A stretch of 64,000 nucleotides of DNA from Adineta vaga (lineage: Eukaryota; Animalia; Rotifera). Numbering within the stretch: the first letter of the stretch is position 1; each line of letters starts with the position of its first letter. The stretch covers positions 11,222,001 to 11,286,000 of the forward strand of contig CP075493.1 in NCBI GenBank assembly GCA_021613535.1, given 5' to 3'. The position numbers were made by a program, and so were the translations under genes. Under the pieces are notes generated by a model, which was not told the origin of the DNA, searched no databases, and was given only the letters and a program-made list of their open reading frames with translations. Shown piece after piece: positions 25,201 to 37,284 of the stretch.

Positions 25201-28200
25201 CATTCGATAGAATACTGATTTGACATGTGAATATGAAAGATATTCCTCTAGAATTTTTATAGATGTTCGTATGCTCAACGGACCATTTTCGATTAAATCG
25301 TCTAACTCAGAACTACCTTCGATTAAAGGTAAACTAGCCAACTCAGATGTTACATATTTACGCATCGCAATCAATAATCGTTTAGTAGTTGATGCGCAGT
25401 TTTTCTGCACTACGCTTAGAATAGTTCGCCAGATGAATACAAACATTTTAGAATCGTTTTTTGACTCTGAAAACGAAGTTTTAAATTGTGTTAGTAATTC
25501 GAGATTCATTCCATCTATAGATTGTTCTTCAGCTGTATCTTCAAGTAGATTTGAGAACTGATCGTTGAATCGGATTCGATTTTGTTCATTACAAAATGCA
25601 CGAAGACGACGAATTCCTAGGGATCGTGTAGGTGACGAAGGTCTACTACTTTGATCATCTTCATCTTCATCGCTAGTATACTCTCGATTGAGTTCTCGAA
25701 TTTTATTATCAGCTTCATCATCATCATCATCCTGACTATATTCGTGATCTTCGTCGATATCATCTTTCTGGGTATCTTCTTCATCAGTATTCATTAATTT
25801 TGGTTTCAAATGCTCAAGTATTTCATTCAAGAGATTTGGCTGTTTTTCAAGAATTTTCGTGAAGATGAATCCAGACATCCATACATTAGCGCGTTCCAGT
25901 ATTTGTTTGAGAAAAATAGTTTGATCGTAACTATGTTGAATATTTGCATTTACCAATAATGAATAGAATTTGAGTAAATATGTTTTTCCAATTCCTGTAT
26001 CACCTTCAATTATCAACGGGAGACTTGTTAATTTTCGTTCATGAATATGAAAAAGTTTATAAGCAAAGTTTTCTGTGAGAATAAATTTCATTTGATTCAT
26101 AATCTGTTCACATGTTTCATATTTAGTATTGACAAGCCAGGATAGACATTCGAGAAAACGATTTCTATTTAAGAACTCTACTCTTGTCAATGGATCCTTA
26201 TCTTTCCATAAAGTTTTTATTGTCGCGGGCACTTCATCCCAATTGTTATGCAACAAATGTAATGAAAAGTCAGGATCATAAACAAGATACACACGTGGAT
26301 AGTTATCATCATGAAAACTGATCTGACAAAGTGCCTTAGCTTCTTGTATCATTTGAGTCATGGCTGTTGAACCAAGATGTGGGGTGGTTTCGTTTAAAAT
26401 GTAAAAAGGATTAATAAAAAATCGAACACGACGATAGAGAAATTTTGTGAATGACACGTCATATATTTTATTTCGTTGTCCGTACGGTGAGCATTTGTCT
26501 ATGCAATCGTATATATGTTGACGGCATTCATTCTCGTCATGTAGCGTGTCAAACTCGTATGGCGAACAGAATCGTGTCGTTGGACGACGATCAATCGTAT
26601 TGTTTGAATATGCTTTAAGAAATCGCGCAACTAATTCTTCTTCTTCTCCAATATATAACTGATAATCTTCATTCGTGATTGTTTCTATTGATGATCGAGC
26701 AACTATAGAAACTATTGGTAATATATAATTCAAATTCTCCTCTAATGACGCATTGTATTTTGTTGAATATGGAATCTCAATGAAAAACGTCCAGCTAGTC
26801 ATATTTGGCAAAGCAAATGTTAGACCACTCGTTGGATCAATAAGTGAACCGCATACGAATAAGGAAAATAAGGTGCGATTCAAGTCATCAAATGGAGCAT
26901 AGTTGTATATATTAATGTAAACAGTTGCTTGACTACCGCGTATTGTTGAATCATATGAAATGAGTGAACTTATAAAGGATGATAAGCTTAATTTATCGTT
27001 GATACTAAAGCGTAATGTTTCTTCGGTCATGTACACTTTATTCACTCGATGTGTTTTACCTAAAAGTAGAAAACAAAATCAAGTAAAAGCGAAATAAGTT
27101 AATATCATTACCAGTTCCTTGTTTTCCACAAATGATGTACATTTCCGAAGGAAGTCGATCAGTTTTCTCGAACAGTTGTGTCAATTGCGTATGAGTTTTT
27201 GAGACATTTCGATAATCGGATGGTACATGAAAGAATTTCAATCCTCTTCGATATGTTGTTAATTCTCGAGAAAAATAATAGACGACTCCATGTGATTCTC
27301 TACAATTTGTTAGTAAATCTTGTTCATTCAATAGTACTTCACGAAGACGAAAATGCATTTTATCAATATCTAATATAACGAAAATCATATTGGCAAATGT
27401 TCGGATACGTGAAAAGAATAAATGAATATCATCTTCATTGACTGTTGAACACCATAAAATTTGAGATGCTGATGGTAATCGATCATTGAATAGATTTAAT
27501 AGAATACAAAACATTTCTAAATCAAACGTGCACTCAAATAGTTTCGTTTTCGATGTATCAGATTTTGGATTTAATGTGATAAGATACTGTTGACTTTCAT
27601 TACTTGTTACATTCTTATATATTGTTTGATTTGATTCCTTCAAAAATTCATTGAGAAAATAATCGAGATATTTAAGTGATCCATCGACACTAACATCATG
27701 TGTCAATGTATTATTATCGTATATCGATGATACTGAATCTTCAAATGGTTCACTTTCACTAATAGGTAATGAACGTAAATAATAGAGAAGAGAATATTGA
27801 GTACACTTGAACGCATTTGCATCACCATCGTCTTTTTCTTTCTCATATGAATATAACTTTTCAAATAGTTCAAGTTTAATTCGATAATTGGATTTTGAAT
27901 TTGTCAGTAAAATAATCATATTCATAATTTGTCGATTGGAGAACAATTTCAACAGGTAGCTTTTAGTTCTCCATTCTTGTAATCTATCAATCCAATCGTT
28001 GTATTCTCTTTCAAGTCGTTCCCAAGCATCTTTAAAACATTTTGTCCGAGATTGAATCATATCTTTTAGTTCTGTTTGATCTATGTCTTGATTTTCTTGC
28101 GATGTAAGTAATACCGGATTAATTGGATCTAGTCAAAGTAATTTAGAATATTAGTAGATGATAATTTTTTTAATATCTCTTACTTTTTGAACTATAAATT

Positions 28201-31200
28201 TTATAACGTTTACTCGTTAGTTGATAATTTGGATGACCGCTCATTTCTAATTTGATGAAAGTTGAATAAATATCGCCAATAAGTTTCAATAACTTCAATT
28301 GTTCTTCTAAGAGAATCTTCATATGAAACATGTTTTCTGGCAAATCTACATTGCAGAATATCAACTGACGTTTGTGATCTTCTATATCGGCCATGGATAG
28401 AGTCGTTTTTATTTTATCCACTTTGGATTCTTCTTCATCATCACTACTTTCATAGTTTCTTTCTTTTCTACCGATCATTTCTGTATTGGATGTTGTTGAT
28501 TGAGTTTTATCAATAAAATAATGGATTTCAAGCGAAGATTGTTCATGTAATAGGTGTCGTAGACGAATAGCAACTTGACCTGTTTTATATAAATGTGTCA
28601 TTACAACCAGAGCATTATCAAAAACAGTTGTTTCTTCGGCTGATAACCACATGCGAATAATTTGCGTATTGGTATTAGTATCTATAAAATAGGAAACTTA
28701 TATAGATTTATTTACAATGATTGACATATACATTTACCTTTCATATGACGAAGAGAATGTGTATCAAAATTGACTAAATTCACAATATGACCAACAAATT
28801 CTTGCAATGTATTAGCTTTCAGAACGAATGGTTCACATAATGTATAGGTAAGAATAAAAGAATTCAGCATGATATTATTGCGTTCCTGTAATTGAAATTG
28901 TATTGTTAAATTATCTCGTAGTTCTTGGAATTTTTGTCGACCTTTATCAGAATATAAATCGAACTCTTTCATTAATTCGATGATGTTTGGACATTCATTG
29001 GCTGTTTTAATCAAATCTAAATGTTTACTACTGATATTTTGAAATTCTTTTGTCAATAAACCATAATCTTGACAGATATTTTCTAATGAACAATCCTTTT
29101 TGCTGCTCAGTTGTTCGAGTTCATCGAGTTCATTATTCCCATCCGTGTTGGAAATAATATCAAACTTTTTAATACAATCAATAATCACCTTTATATGACT
29201 ATAATATTGAAAGATTTGTAATCGTTTACAGATTTGTTCAGTCTGCGGTTTGTTGATGGGCAGTGTCGTTGTTGTTGTTGGGTGTTGTCCATCATTTGTC
29301 AGCCGATCCGTTAATAAAGTTGTAACTTCATGTGAAATATGTATGCTTTCGCCACAGAAAATCTTTTCAAGTTCAACCATATCAGATAGCTTTATTTTCC
29401 CATCTAATAGTTGTTCAACGTATGGAAAAATGTTGTTATCAAGCTTGTCTGCAAAGTCAAATATTGAAATGCGTTCTTTTTGTGCACGATCATCGTTATA
29501 ACATAATTCGGTTATACCATCAAACAAATGGCAAACAGGTAGATCACTTTGTTTAACCTGATACCATACTGAACGTGGACTATACTTCTTATTGGTAATT
29601 TGGATTATTAATTGACCAGAATATAAGGTTTCAAATTCACCGTGGTAAACAAATTTATCAGTAGGAATATCTGCCTCACAAAATAACAGATCAGCATCAC
29701 CTGATGAATCTCCACGCTGAAACCAAATACTGGCATCACATGACCAATTTTCACTAGCCAGTGCCCAGTAAACATGTTGTCGACTGCTAACCTCACATCT
29801 TTTAAAAATAGTATCACCATCGTCCACCAAGAAAGAATTGTTAGCATTTAAACGCTTGAGATCTTGTATAAATCTTTTGGCATCTTGCACATCATATTTG
29901 GTACCTCTTTCAATCGTTTTGAAGGGTATTGAGCAATTTAATATGTAGCAAAGACGCTCCAAACATTTGATCGATTTCAACATTGTCATTGTTTTGTCTG
30001 CTATCTTTTTCATTTCTGATACTTGTGCTGTAACTTTGTTTCTATTACCATTTATAGCGAAATTCAGTTCAGCTGCGCCGTCAACATGAAATTTTCTCAA
30101 CCATTCTATAACATATTGGAAAATATCAAAGAATTGTCGAAACCATGCGATCCATTCATTCACTAGTTTGATAAAGTCATCAAACGATTGTACGCTGGGT
30201 TCCATCCTTAACTCAATAAAGTCTTTGGGTTGTTGATAGAATAAGATCGCAGAAATGTTGCTTGGTATATTGATAAATTTCTGCTCAAAATGGTCCCCCT
30301 GTGACAAGATTTCTCGGAAGTCAATTAGCGAAAATAGACATGGCGCAATCGATGTTTTGAATAAGTTTTGATACGTTAACGGTGAAGCTATGCAAAAATA
30401 TGAAATAAATTAAATATACTGAATCCAAGCATATGTTAAATTACCTCTTAGTAAAAGAATATTTCTCGTCGCTTGCTGAGCTTTTTGAATGAATTCATTC
30501 ACTTGATTTTCGTTAACTAGAGACGATTTATCATGATGAGCGGCGAGGATAAAATTAATGATGGTTTCTATATTTGGTGAGAATAATATAGAACTGATAT
30601 ATTTCATAATAATAGTCTCAAATACTGTATTAACAAAGACAATTGTTAAAGTATCATTGCGTAGATAAATATGGTGTCCAACGCGTTTCATCCAGTCAAC
30701 GATAGCGACAAGTATTTCATTTAGATCTTTAATACTGGTTTTTTGGATACTTAATTGTACAACTCTTGACCAAACATAACTCTTCCAAGGATGTTCACGA
30801 TGCGCATGACGTAAATCTTCATACTCTGATTTAATAATATAGGAATTTATCGAGATGATTGGTAATATATATTCAGTTAACCATGCGTCTTCAATTATTT
30901 CTGTTGGATTCTTATTAACACAAATATAATTATTGAAATCTTCTATTCTTCGGAAACAATGTAGAATTTTTTCTGATATTAATCCTTTATGGCCAAAATT
31001 AAATAGTAAACGATTGATAATGATTGAGCATGACAACTGTGAAAGATTACGTATCTGAGATAGTTTGAGAGCAGTATTGAACAACTGTAACCATTCTTGA
31101 TCTTCTATTTTGTAAGGATCCAGATCGGTAACAAACAGTTCTGAAACATAACCATCGAATACGGTTCCCAAAATTTTCATTCGATTCGCAAAGTTTTTAT

Positions 31201-32502
31201 CATTCAGCGTCGTGAGAGTATCGATGGCCATATTTATTATATTAAGGAATTCCTTGATGTTCAATAAGTCACTTTGTTTGATTAGTGTCGAAATCATCTG
31301 TGCTGACAACATATCGTTCAAGTTTAAGTCTTTCATTAGATTCAAAGAAACTTTCCAAAACGATTCGCCGGTCATATTTGCGGCGCATGCAGGCAGATAC
31401 CTCCCGAACAGTTCTTCCCATTCAGTAACATGGCGAAGTAAATCTTCAATGTGACCTCGATATTTGTAGTTCTTAATCATCCAATTTGATAAATGTGTTA
31501 AAAATTCACTGAAGAATGTCTTCATATTTAGATTTAAATCCTGAAGAAGAGAAATACAAGTAGAAAATGCTGGTATTTTTGGGTCTGCCCAAGGTTGTGT
31601 TTTTTCCATGAGACTAATAAATGTCGGAATATCAAGTGGAAAAGTTGTAAGGACCTGCTTATATTTAATAAATGCCGCAACAACTGATGCAAGTGGTAGA
31701 TCAATCGATTGTACCTGTGATAAGATGTTAAACCAAGAATAATCACGATGATCATCGCATTTCAGTGATGATTGCAACGATACTTTGTAGAGAACAAGAA
31801 ATATAACCAGATCCATATCGTTTCGAATAATTCTGATCGTCATTAAATGTTCTTGAATGTTTATTCTTCTTAAAATGTCTCGATCCTCTATAAGTACATT
31901 TGGCTTTTCACCATTTGTTCTTTCAAATACATATGCCAATTCTTCATAGAGAACAGTTCTTAATTCTTCTAATTCTTTACTTCGTTTTTCTTTTTTAGCG
32001 TGACTTACGTAGTTCAAGTATTCAACGATACGACGATAGATGTAGAAATATGAGTCGGTACGAGTCGAAAACTTCAATAAGTCGTCATCCGACTCAAAAC
32101 TTTTTATTGTACATTTCATAATATACCAAACATCGTTCGAAAACAGTTCATTATGCGGAGAACGATTGGATTCATCGAATGAGCCAATTATGTTCGCAAC
32201 TGAATTGAAAAATATAATGCCGTTGTCTTCATTGTTGAAAACATCGGCGATGGCAGCAATCGCTGGAGATACAACTTTACTTCTACTCCAACTCTCTGAA
32301 AGTACTTTGAATATTCTAGTCACGTAATTCATCAAAGGTATTTTGCTATGAGAAACAAAAAATCTAAAATAAAAATATGGGTGATATTAAACGTTTTTAA
32401 AAAGGTTTCCTCTAAGATACAAACACAAAAAGTTTATATTGGATATTTGACATTGAATACCTGAGTTTACCTGTAATATCCTGTATTCTCGTTTATATAC
32501 AT
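14474..32502 (-). CDS. Giant RNF213/mysterin-like multi-AAA+ protein (~5,800 aa, 13 exons) with GOLD-like domain, RZ remnant and C-terminal ubiquitin-like array
   Basis: The large minus-strand ORFs and small linking exons join in phase through GT-AG introns. RNF213-type motifs: GKQGTGKT (split by intron 27060-27110), FILTENFAYK, GDTGIGKT+FFDEVNT, VSQREIQRC, GAPGQSKT+VFLDEASL, DAANANRM, RDFIYMLR, MEAGRTILMVN, SLYDVFNQNF, PAPFLSRFQK. The start at 32502 is tentative. Confidence 0.85.
16175..16205 (+). repeat. (TAG)n microsatellite encoding poly-Thr in the RNF213-like gene
   Basis: About 10 tag units; reads TTTTTTTTTT on the minus strand. Confidence 0.9.
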
Positions 32503-33356
32503 CCATTACATAACAACTAGAAGAGATATTGTTACCATTATTTTTGTTATTGATATTTGTCTAGTAGATTTCTGACTTAACTTACCGATGTAATACTCAA
32601 ATTTTAGTCAGTTTTAAAACGAATACCAGTATATTTTTTCTCATTCAGTTATTCAGAACATAAAAAAACAACATTAGAGCTATGAATACAAGTAGAAAAA
32701 AAACGTAGTAAAATATACTGATAATGAGCTTCTCACGTCTCACTTATAAAAATGGGGAAAAAAAAAGAAATTTCTTTACATAAATCGATGCGTGCAGCAT
32801 AAGGAAACCAGTCAAAGACCGCAAAATAAACATAGAAAAGGAACGGTTTCACTTGAGCGAGAGAAAGGAAATTAAAGCATTAAAAACACTTGTGTCTCGA
32901 TAAAATATGTGTAATATTCTCGAGAAAGAAAGTCTGAAAATAAAGTTAAAAACAGATGACGTCTTTTATTTTCATATTCTTCAACTTGATTGAAGGATTA
33001 TTTTCCTTTTTTCGTTTATTTCATCACGAGTGGGTTTTTTCCCACTCTCAAGTTCATTTGATAAATTTGATTGATATGAATGTATCAAACATTTGTCTGA
33101 ACAATCAGTGAAAGAGAGAACTATGAACATGTTCTACTGTCGATTGTGTTGCTATTCAAAAAGAAAGCTTTTTTAACATCAGTGCACCATAATGAAAGAG
33201 AATCAGAATAAAACAAATAGTGTACATAGAAACTATGAAAGAATTCATAGTTACACATTTTTATTGATGTTTCAAATGAGAAAAAAAGAAGAAATCAAAG
33301 TCTATCGGAGAGGATTGAAATTATGTGCTTTTATGATATACTGAAAGAAGAACAGA

Positions 33357-34145
33357 GTGTCTCAAAATCATTTCTTTCTAGATACACAACGAGACTTCGA
33401 TACTATAGACATGAATAATGGATCAAATAACATACTTCCATCCAATTCATTAGGAATTCAATCGGAAACACTTCGTATTCATCCAATCTCTGATATATTT
33501 GAACCTACAAAGAACTATGTCGGATTAATCGATTATTTGACTGGTGAAATTCATATAAAACAATCAGATTGGGTTATAAACAATATTCCACGAAGAACGG
33601 GACGTCGTACTGGTAGTTATCTTCATGGTCGATTGTTTTATTTTGTTTATAAATCTTGGAGAATGCGAAATACATTATTTGTCGGAGGTGGATTTTCGTA
33701 TTTGGATGGGACATGGAGATATCTTTCGAGAACATTAAATACAATGAATGACAATCGATTATTAAATAAATTTGAAGAAAAACTATTACAAGTAGTTATT
33801 GATAATGTATATATCAATCATTTATGGCTTAAAATGCATTCGAACTATCGTTTCGATTGTCGAACTTTAGCCGCATTAGAACGAAATCAACAATATACTT
33901 CTCTCGTTCATCCGTCAGATGTTCATATCAATAGGAAACTACATGGTACTATTGAATGGTTGAATGATCAACGTCGTCGTCTTGGTTTTATCAAATGCAT
34001 CGGATTGGACAGAAATATGTACATAAATTCTACGAATATATCGAACTGTCATTCAGTATCATGTTCCGGTACAAATGTTGAATTTAATATTGTAGAAGAA
34101 GATAATACATGGAGAGCAGACAACGTAACTGTCATTTGGCCTTAA
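33357..34145 (+). CDS. Unknown N-terminal domain fused to a C-terminal cold-shock domain
   Basis: C-terminus HGTIEWLNDQRRRLGFIKC...MYINSTNI...GTNVEFNIVE...RADNVT matches the CSD pattern. Start uncertain (possible acceptor at 33380, or ATG at 33411). Confidence 0.65.
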   Translation: MSQNHFFLDTQRDFDTIDMNNGSNNILPSNSLGIQSETLRIHPISDIFEPTKNYVGLIDYLTGEIHIKQSDWVINNIPRRTGRRTGSYLHGRLFYFVYKSWRMRNTLFVGGGFSYLDGTWRYLSRTLNTMNDNRLLNKFEEKLLQVVIDNVYINHLWLKMHSNYRFDCRTLAALERNQQYTSLVHPSDVHINRKLHGTIEWLNDQRRRLGFIKCIGLDRNMYINSTNISNCHSVSCSGTNVEFNIVEEDNTWRADNVTVIWP

Positions 34146-34281
34146 ATTATTGTACATTGTACGTCTATTCCTAAACAGCTTGATCTTCTCGGTCTGCACA
34201 TACAGATTCTCTCCTATACTCTTAAATTATTATCTTTCTTTTTACACATATTTAAGAACGATGATTTAAAATGACAGAAGT

Positions 34282-35289
34282 TTATTCGATTACAATAGTA
34301 TAATTCTTTGTTGAAACTTGTTCAAAACCACCACCATTAAAGATTGGAATCAGATTAATTGTAGATCCTTTTTTAACACGAGTAATAGTTAAGATCTGTC
34401 GTACTTGAAAATCTTTTTGATTAAAAGACAATTCTTTGGGTGTCCATGTTAAACACTCTGAACATTCATTGGCTTTCCATTGAATAGAAACAACATCACT
34501 TCCATTAATTCGATGTGGAGGTGTCGGAAGCCAAACTTGTATTTTAACATTTTCATTCAAATCAACTTTTGTCGATTGAGGTACATATGAAATTCCAAGC
34601 ATAACATCTCGACATGTAGTTGCCCAATCTTTAGGTATGGAATTAAAATATTTATCATCTGGTTTACCCACTGAAATAACTAAATATTCTGTAGTAAATT
34701 GTCGCGTTTCCCATGGAGTTTCGAGTACTTGAGTTGATCGAACAGGAATATCCGTATTTTTTCGAAAATAAATTTCTTCACATGGAACATCATTGGGACC
34801 TTCGGGATGACATGTTTGATTCGAATACCAATAATCTTCGTAGACAGAAGAATTTGTTGACTGAATCATTGGATATTTAAAATCAATGAAAGTTTTTATT
34901 TCAAATGTTGTGCCATTATTCCAATGAGAAGGAAATGCATTGAATGTACTTCCACCATATTTCCAATACGTTCCATAAATACAACCAATATTAGGAAAAC
35001 CTTGTAATAATTGTACGTAATATTTGGATTGTGGAGAGTCAGGAGTTGCATAGGGAAACTTTTTTAATGCATAACCTGTTTCTGATTGTTTCACACTATA
35101 AGAATCTGATTTGTAAGCACGTTGATTCACTTCATCAATAGCATATAATGTAGCACCATTGGCAAAGAATAGAATTTGTGGTGGAAAATAAGGTTGAGCA
35201 CAATCAACGAACTGATAAAAGAGAAAAAATGAGATACAAAACAAGTATAGCTCCATTTGACTTCGTATGCGTTTAAAAAAATATTTCAT
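34282..35289 (-). CDS. Secreted protein; possible ependymin/LolA-like N-terminal part and C-terminal Ig/Calx-beta-like domain
   Basis: Signal peptide MELYLFCISFFLFYQFVDCA; C-terminal LTWTPKELSFNQKDFQVRQILTIT motif; intronless. Confidence 0.6.
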   Translation of the reverse strand: MKYFFKRIRSQMELYLFCISFFLFYQFVDCAQPYFPPQILFFANGATLYAIDEVNQRAYKSDSYSVKQSETGYALKKFPYATPDSPQSKYYVQLLQGFPNIGCIYGTYWKYGGSTFNAFPSHWNNGTTFEIKTFIDFKYPMIQSTNSSVYEDYWYSNQTCHPEGPNDVPCEEIYFRKNTDIPVRSTQVLETPWETRQFTTEYLVISVGKPDDKYFNSIPKDWATTCRDVMLGISYVPQSTKVDLNENVKIQVWLPTPPHRINGSDVVSIQWKANECSECLTWTPKELSFNQKDFQVRQILTITRVKKGSTINLIPIFNGGGFEQVSTKNYTIVIE

Positions 35290-36270
35290 ACAATGTCATA
35301 TTATCAGCATATATATAGATATATAATCATAGTTGTTCGATGATAACAAAATAGCTGCTCTCTATTCTACTATGTACATAATCACACCATATGTGTGAGA
35401 TTCTCACTTACAGAAATCATTTCTGTATTTAATCGTACCTTTTTTTTTATAAAACTTATAAAATCTAATAAGCAAAGTATGACATAATATGGTTTTGTTT
35501 TTTTAAAAATTCACGCGGGCTGAAATTAATATAATGAAGATTTTTTCCTCTTCTTTCTTTGCATACAAGAGAGACCACAAGTATATTCATCACGAAGTAC
35601 TAACTTTTCCTTTTCTAAATTTTATGTTTTATATTGACGTGAGAAAAACAGATTTATCTATCATATTTAACCGTAGTTTTATCATTATAAAAACTTCCAC
35701 TGTCGAACATACAATATTTTGATTTGCTCATAGTTTAAATGTATATCTTTGAAATGGTATCAACATTTGTACATGATCATCGACTTATAGAAATAGAACT
35801 TTTGAAAAATGAAAGCATAGTAATAAAAGATATACAAAAGTATTTATTACTTACTGCAATATTTGCACTATCCTTCGTGTCTATGACCATTATTAAGATT
35901 TACTTTTTTATTGCTTTGATTATATAGAATTATTAATTTGTATTCGTAATGGATTGTTTCTATTCTATGACCTACGATCTTAGTGAGACAATAAAAGTCG
36001 AAATTAATGAACAAATAGGAAACTGTATCCTGTTAAAAAAAATATACTAGTTGTCACTTTAATCTTTCCATTTGAAAACTTTTTATCACTAGATGCACCT
36101 AAAGAAGCGTATTTAATGCGTTTAACCGAAACAAATGCACGTTCTTCAAAAAGCCGCTATAAATAGATTTAATCTATGTGCGATGTTTAAATGAGATCAT
36201 TAGTGTTCATTTTTATGAGACAATTCATCGTTGCATTTTTGCTAGAAACTATTTCATCATTTAGTGAAAC

Positions 36271-37284
36271 ATGTCCACACCTTTATCATCATCGGATGTC
36301 AATCTTATCGGCCTGTTGAGCAATATTTCCATTCAAGCCAACCGTTATTTGTCAATTTTGATTTTCCTCTTCGGATTTATTGGTAATCTTTTGAATATAT
36401 TGATTCTTTCTCAACGTCCTCTACGCTCAAATCCTTGCTTACGATTCTTTCTTGTCTCATCCATTGCATATTTCATTTGTCTTATAACTGGTCTTATAAC
36501 TCGAGTTTTATCTACATGGAATGCTGATTTTACTAATACAAATGACTTCCTTTGTAAACTTCGTGCTTTTCTCATTTTCAATTCATCAACAATCGCTAAT
36601 TGGCTTATCACAGTAGCTACTATTGATCGATGGCTTTCTTCAAGTGCCAATATTCATCGTCGACAAAAGAGTACATTGAAAAACGCTCAACACAGTATGA
36701 TTGGTATTATTATTCTATCGAGTGTTTGTCAAATACAACAAATCTTTTGTTTTGAAGCTAATCTTATCAATAGTCCAGTAAAGTGTTACACAAGAACAGT
36801 AACATGTGGTATTCTATCAGATATATCTCTCGCTTTACTAACTATTCTGATTCCATTAGTGCTTATGTTTGTATTTGGTTTGATGATTATTTCGAATGTT
36901 CGTCAAACAAAACTTCGTGTACAACCAAGGATTCATACAGTTGGTAATAATGATTGTTCCAGTGCTAAGCATCAACGTCAACAAAGAAATAAAGATCGTC
37001 ATTTACTGATTATGCTATTTGTTCAAGTTCTACTTATTCTCATATGTACTCTGCCAATTGCTATTTTGAAAATTTATACTACTTTAACACGAAATACATC
37101 AAAATCAACGTTAGAGAAAACGATCGAAAATTTTCTTCTGAATCTGTTTTTTCTTCTCTTTAATATCGCAGCTGGAATTCCATTCTTTATTTATACATTG
37201 ACTGGAGGAAACATATTTCGAAAAACATTGTTTGATCTTGTTCAATCATTAAGTCAAAAGTTGAGACGGTATAATCAAGATTGA
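36271..37284 (+). CDS. Orphan class A GPCR
   Basis: GFIGNLLN (TM1), CKLR, ATIDRW, CTLP (TM6), PFFIY (TM7). Confidence 0.88.
   Translation: MSTPLSSSDVNLIGLLSNISIQANRYLSILIFLFGFIGNLLNILILSQRPLRSNPCLRFFLVSSIAYFICLITGLITRVLSTWNADFTNTNDFLCKLRAFLIFNSSTIANWLITVATIDRWLSSSANIHRRQKSTLKNAQHSMIGIIILSSVCQIQQIFCFEANLINSPVKCYTRTVTCGILSDISLALLTILIPLVLMFVFGLMIISNVRQTKLRVQPRIHTVGNNDCSSAKHQRQQRNKDRHLLIMLFVQVLLILICTLPIAILKIYTTLTRNTSKSTLEKTIENFLLNLFFLLFNIAAGIPFFIYTLTGGNIFRKTLFDLVQSLSQKLRRYNQD

Noticed and set aside
22198-27045. Dynein heavy chain or midasin assignment for the AAA protein
   Set aside because: Motif wording and spacing (FFDEVN, SLYDVFNQ, PFLSRFQK) match RNF213; no dynein stalk or VWA domain seen.
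17888-31755. Numerous short alternative-frame and antisense ORFs inside the giant gene
   Set aside because: Shadows of long coding exons with no independent motifs.
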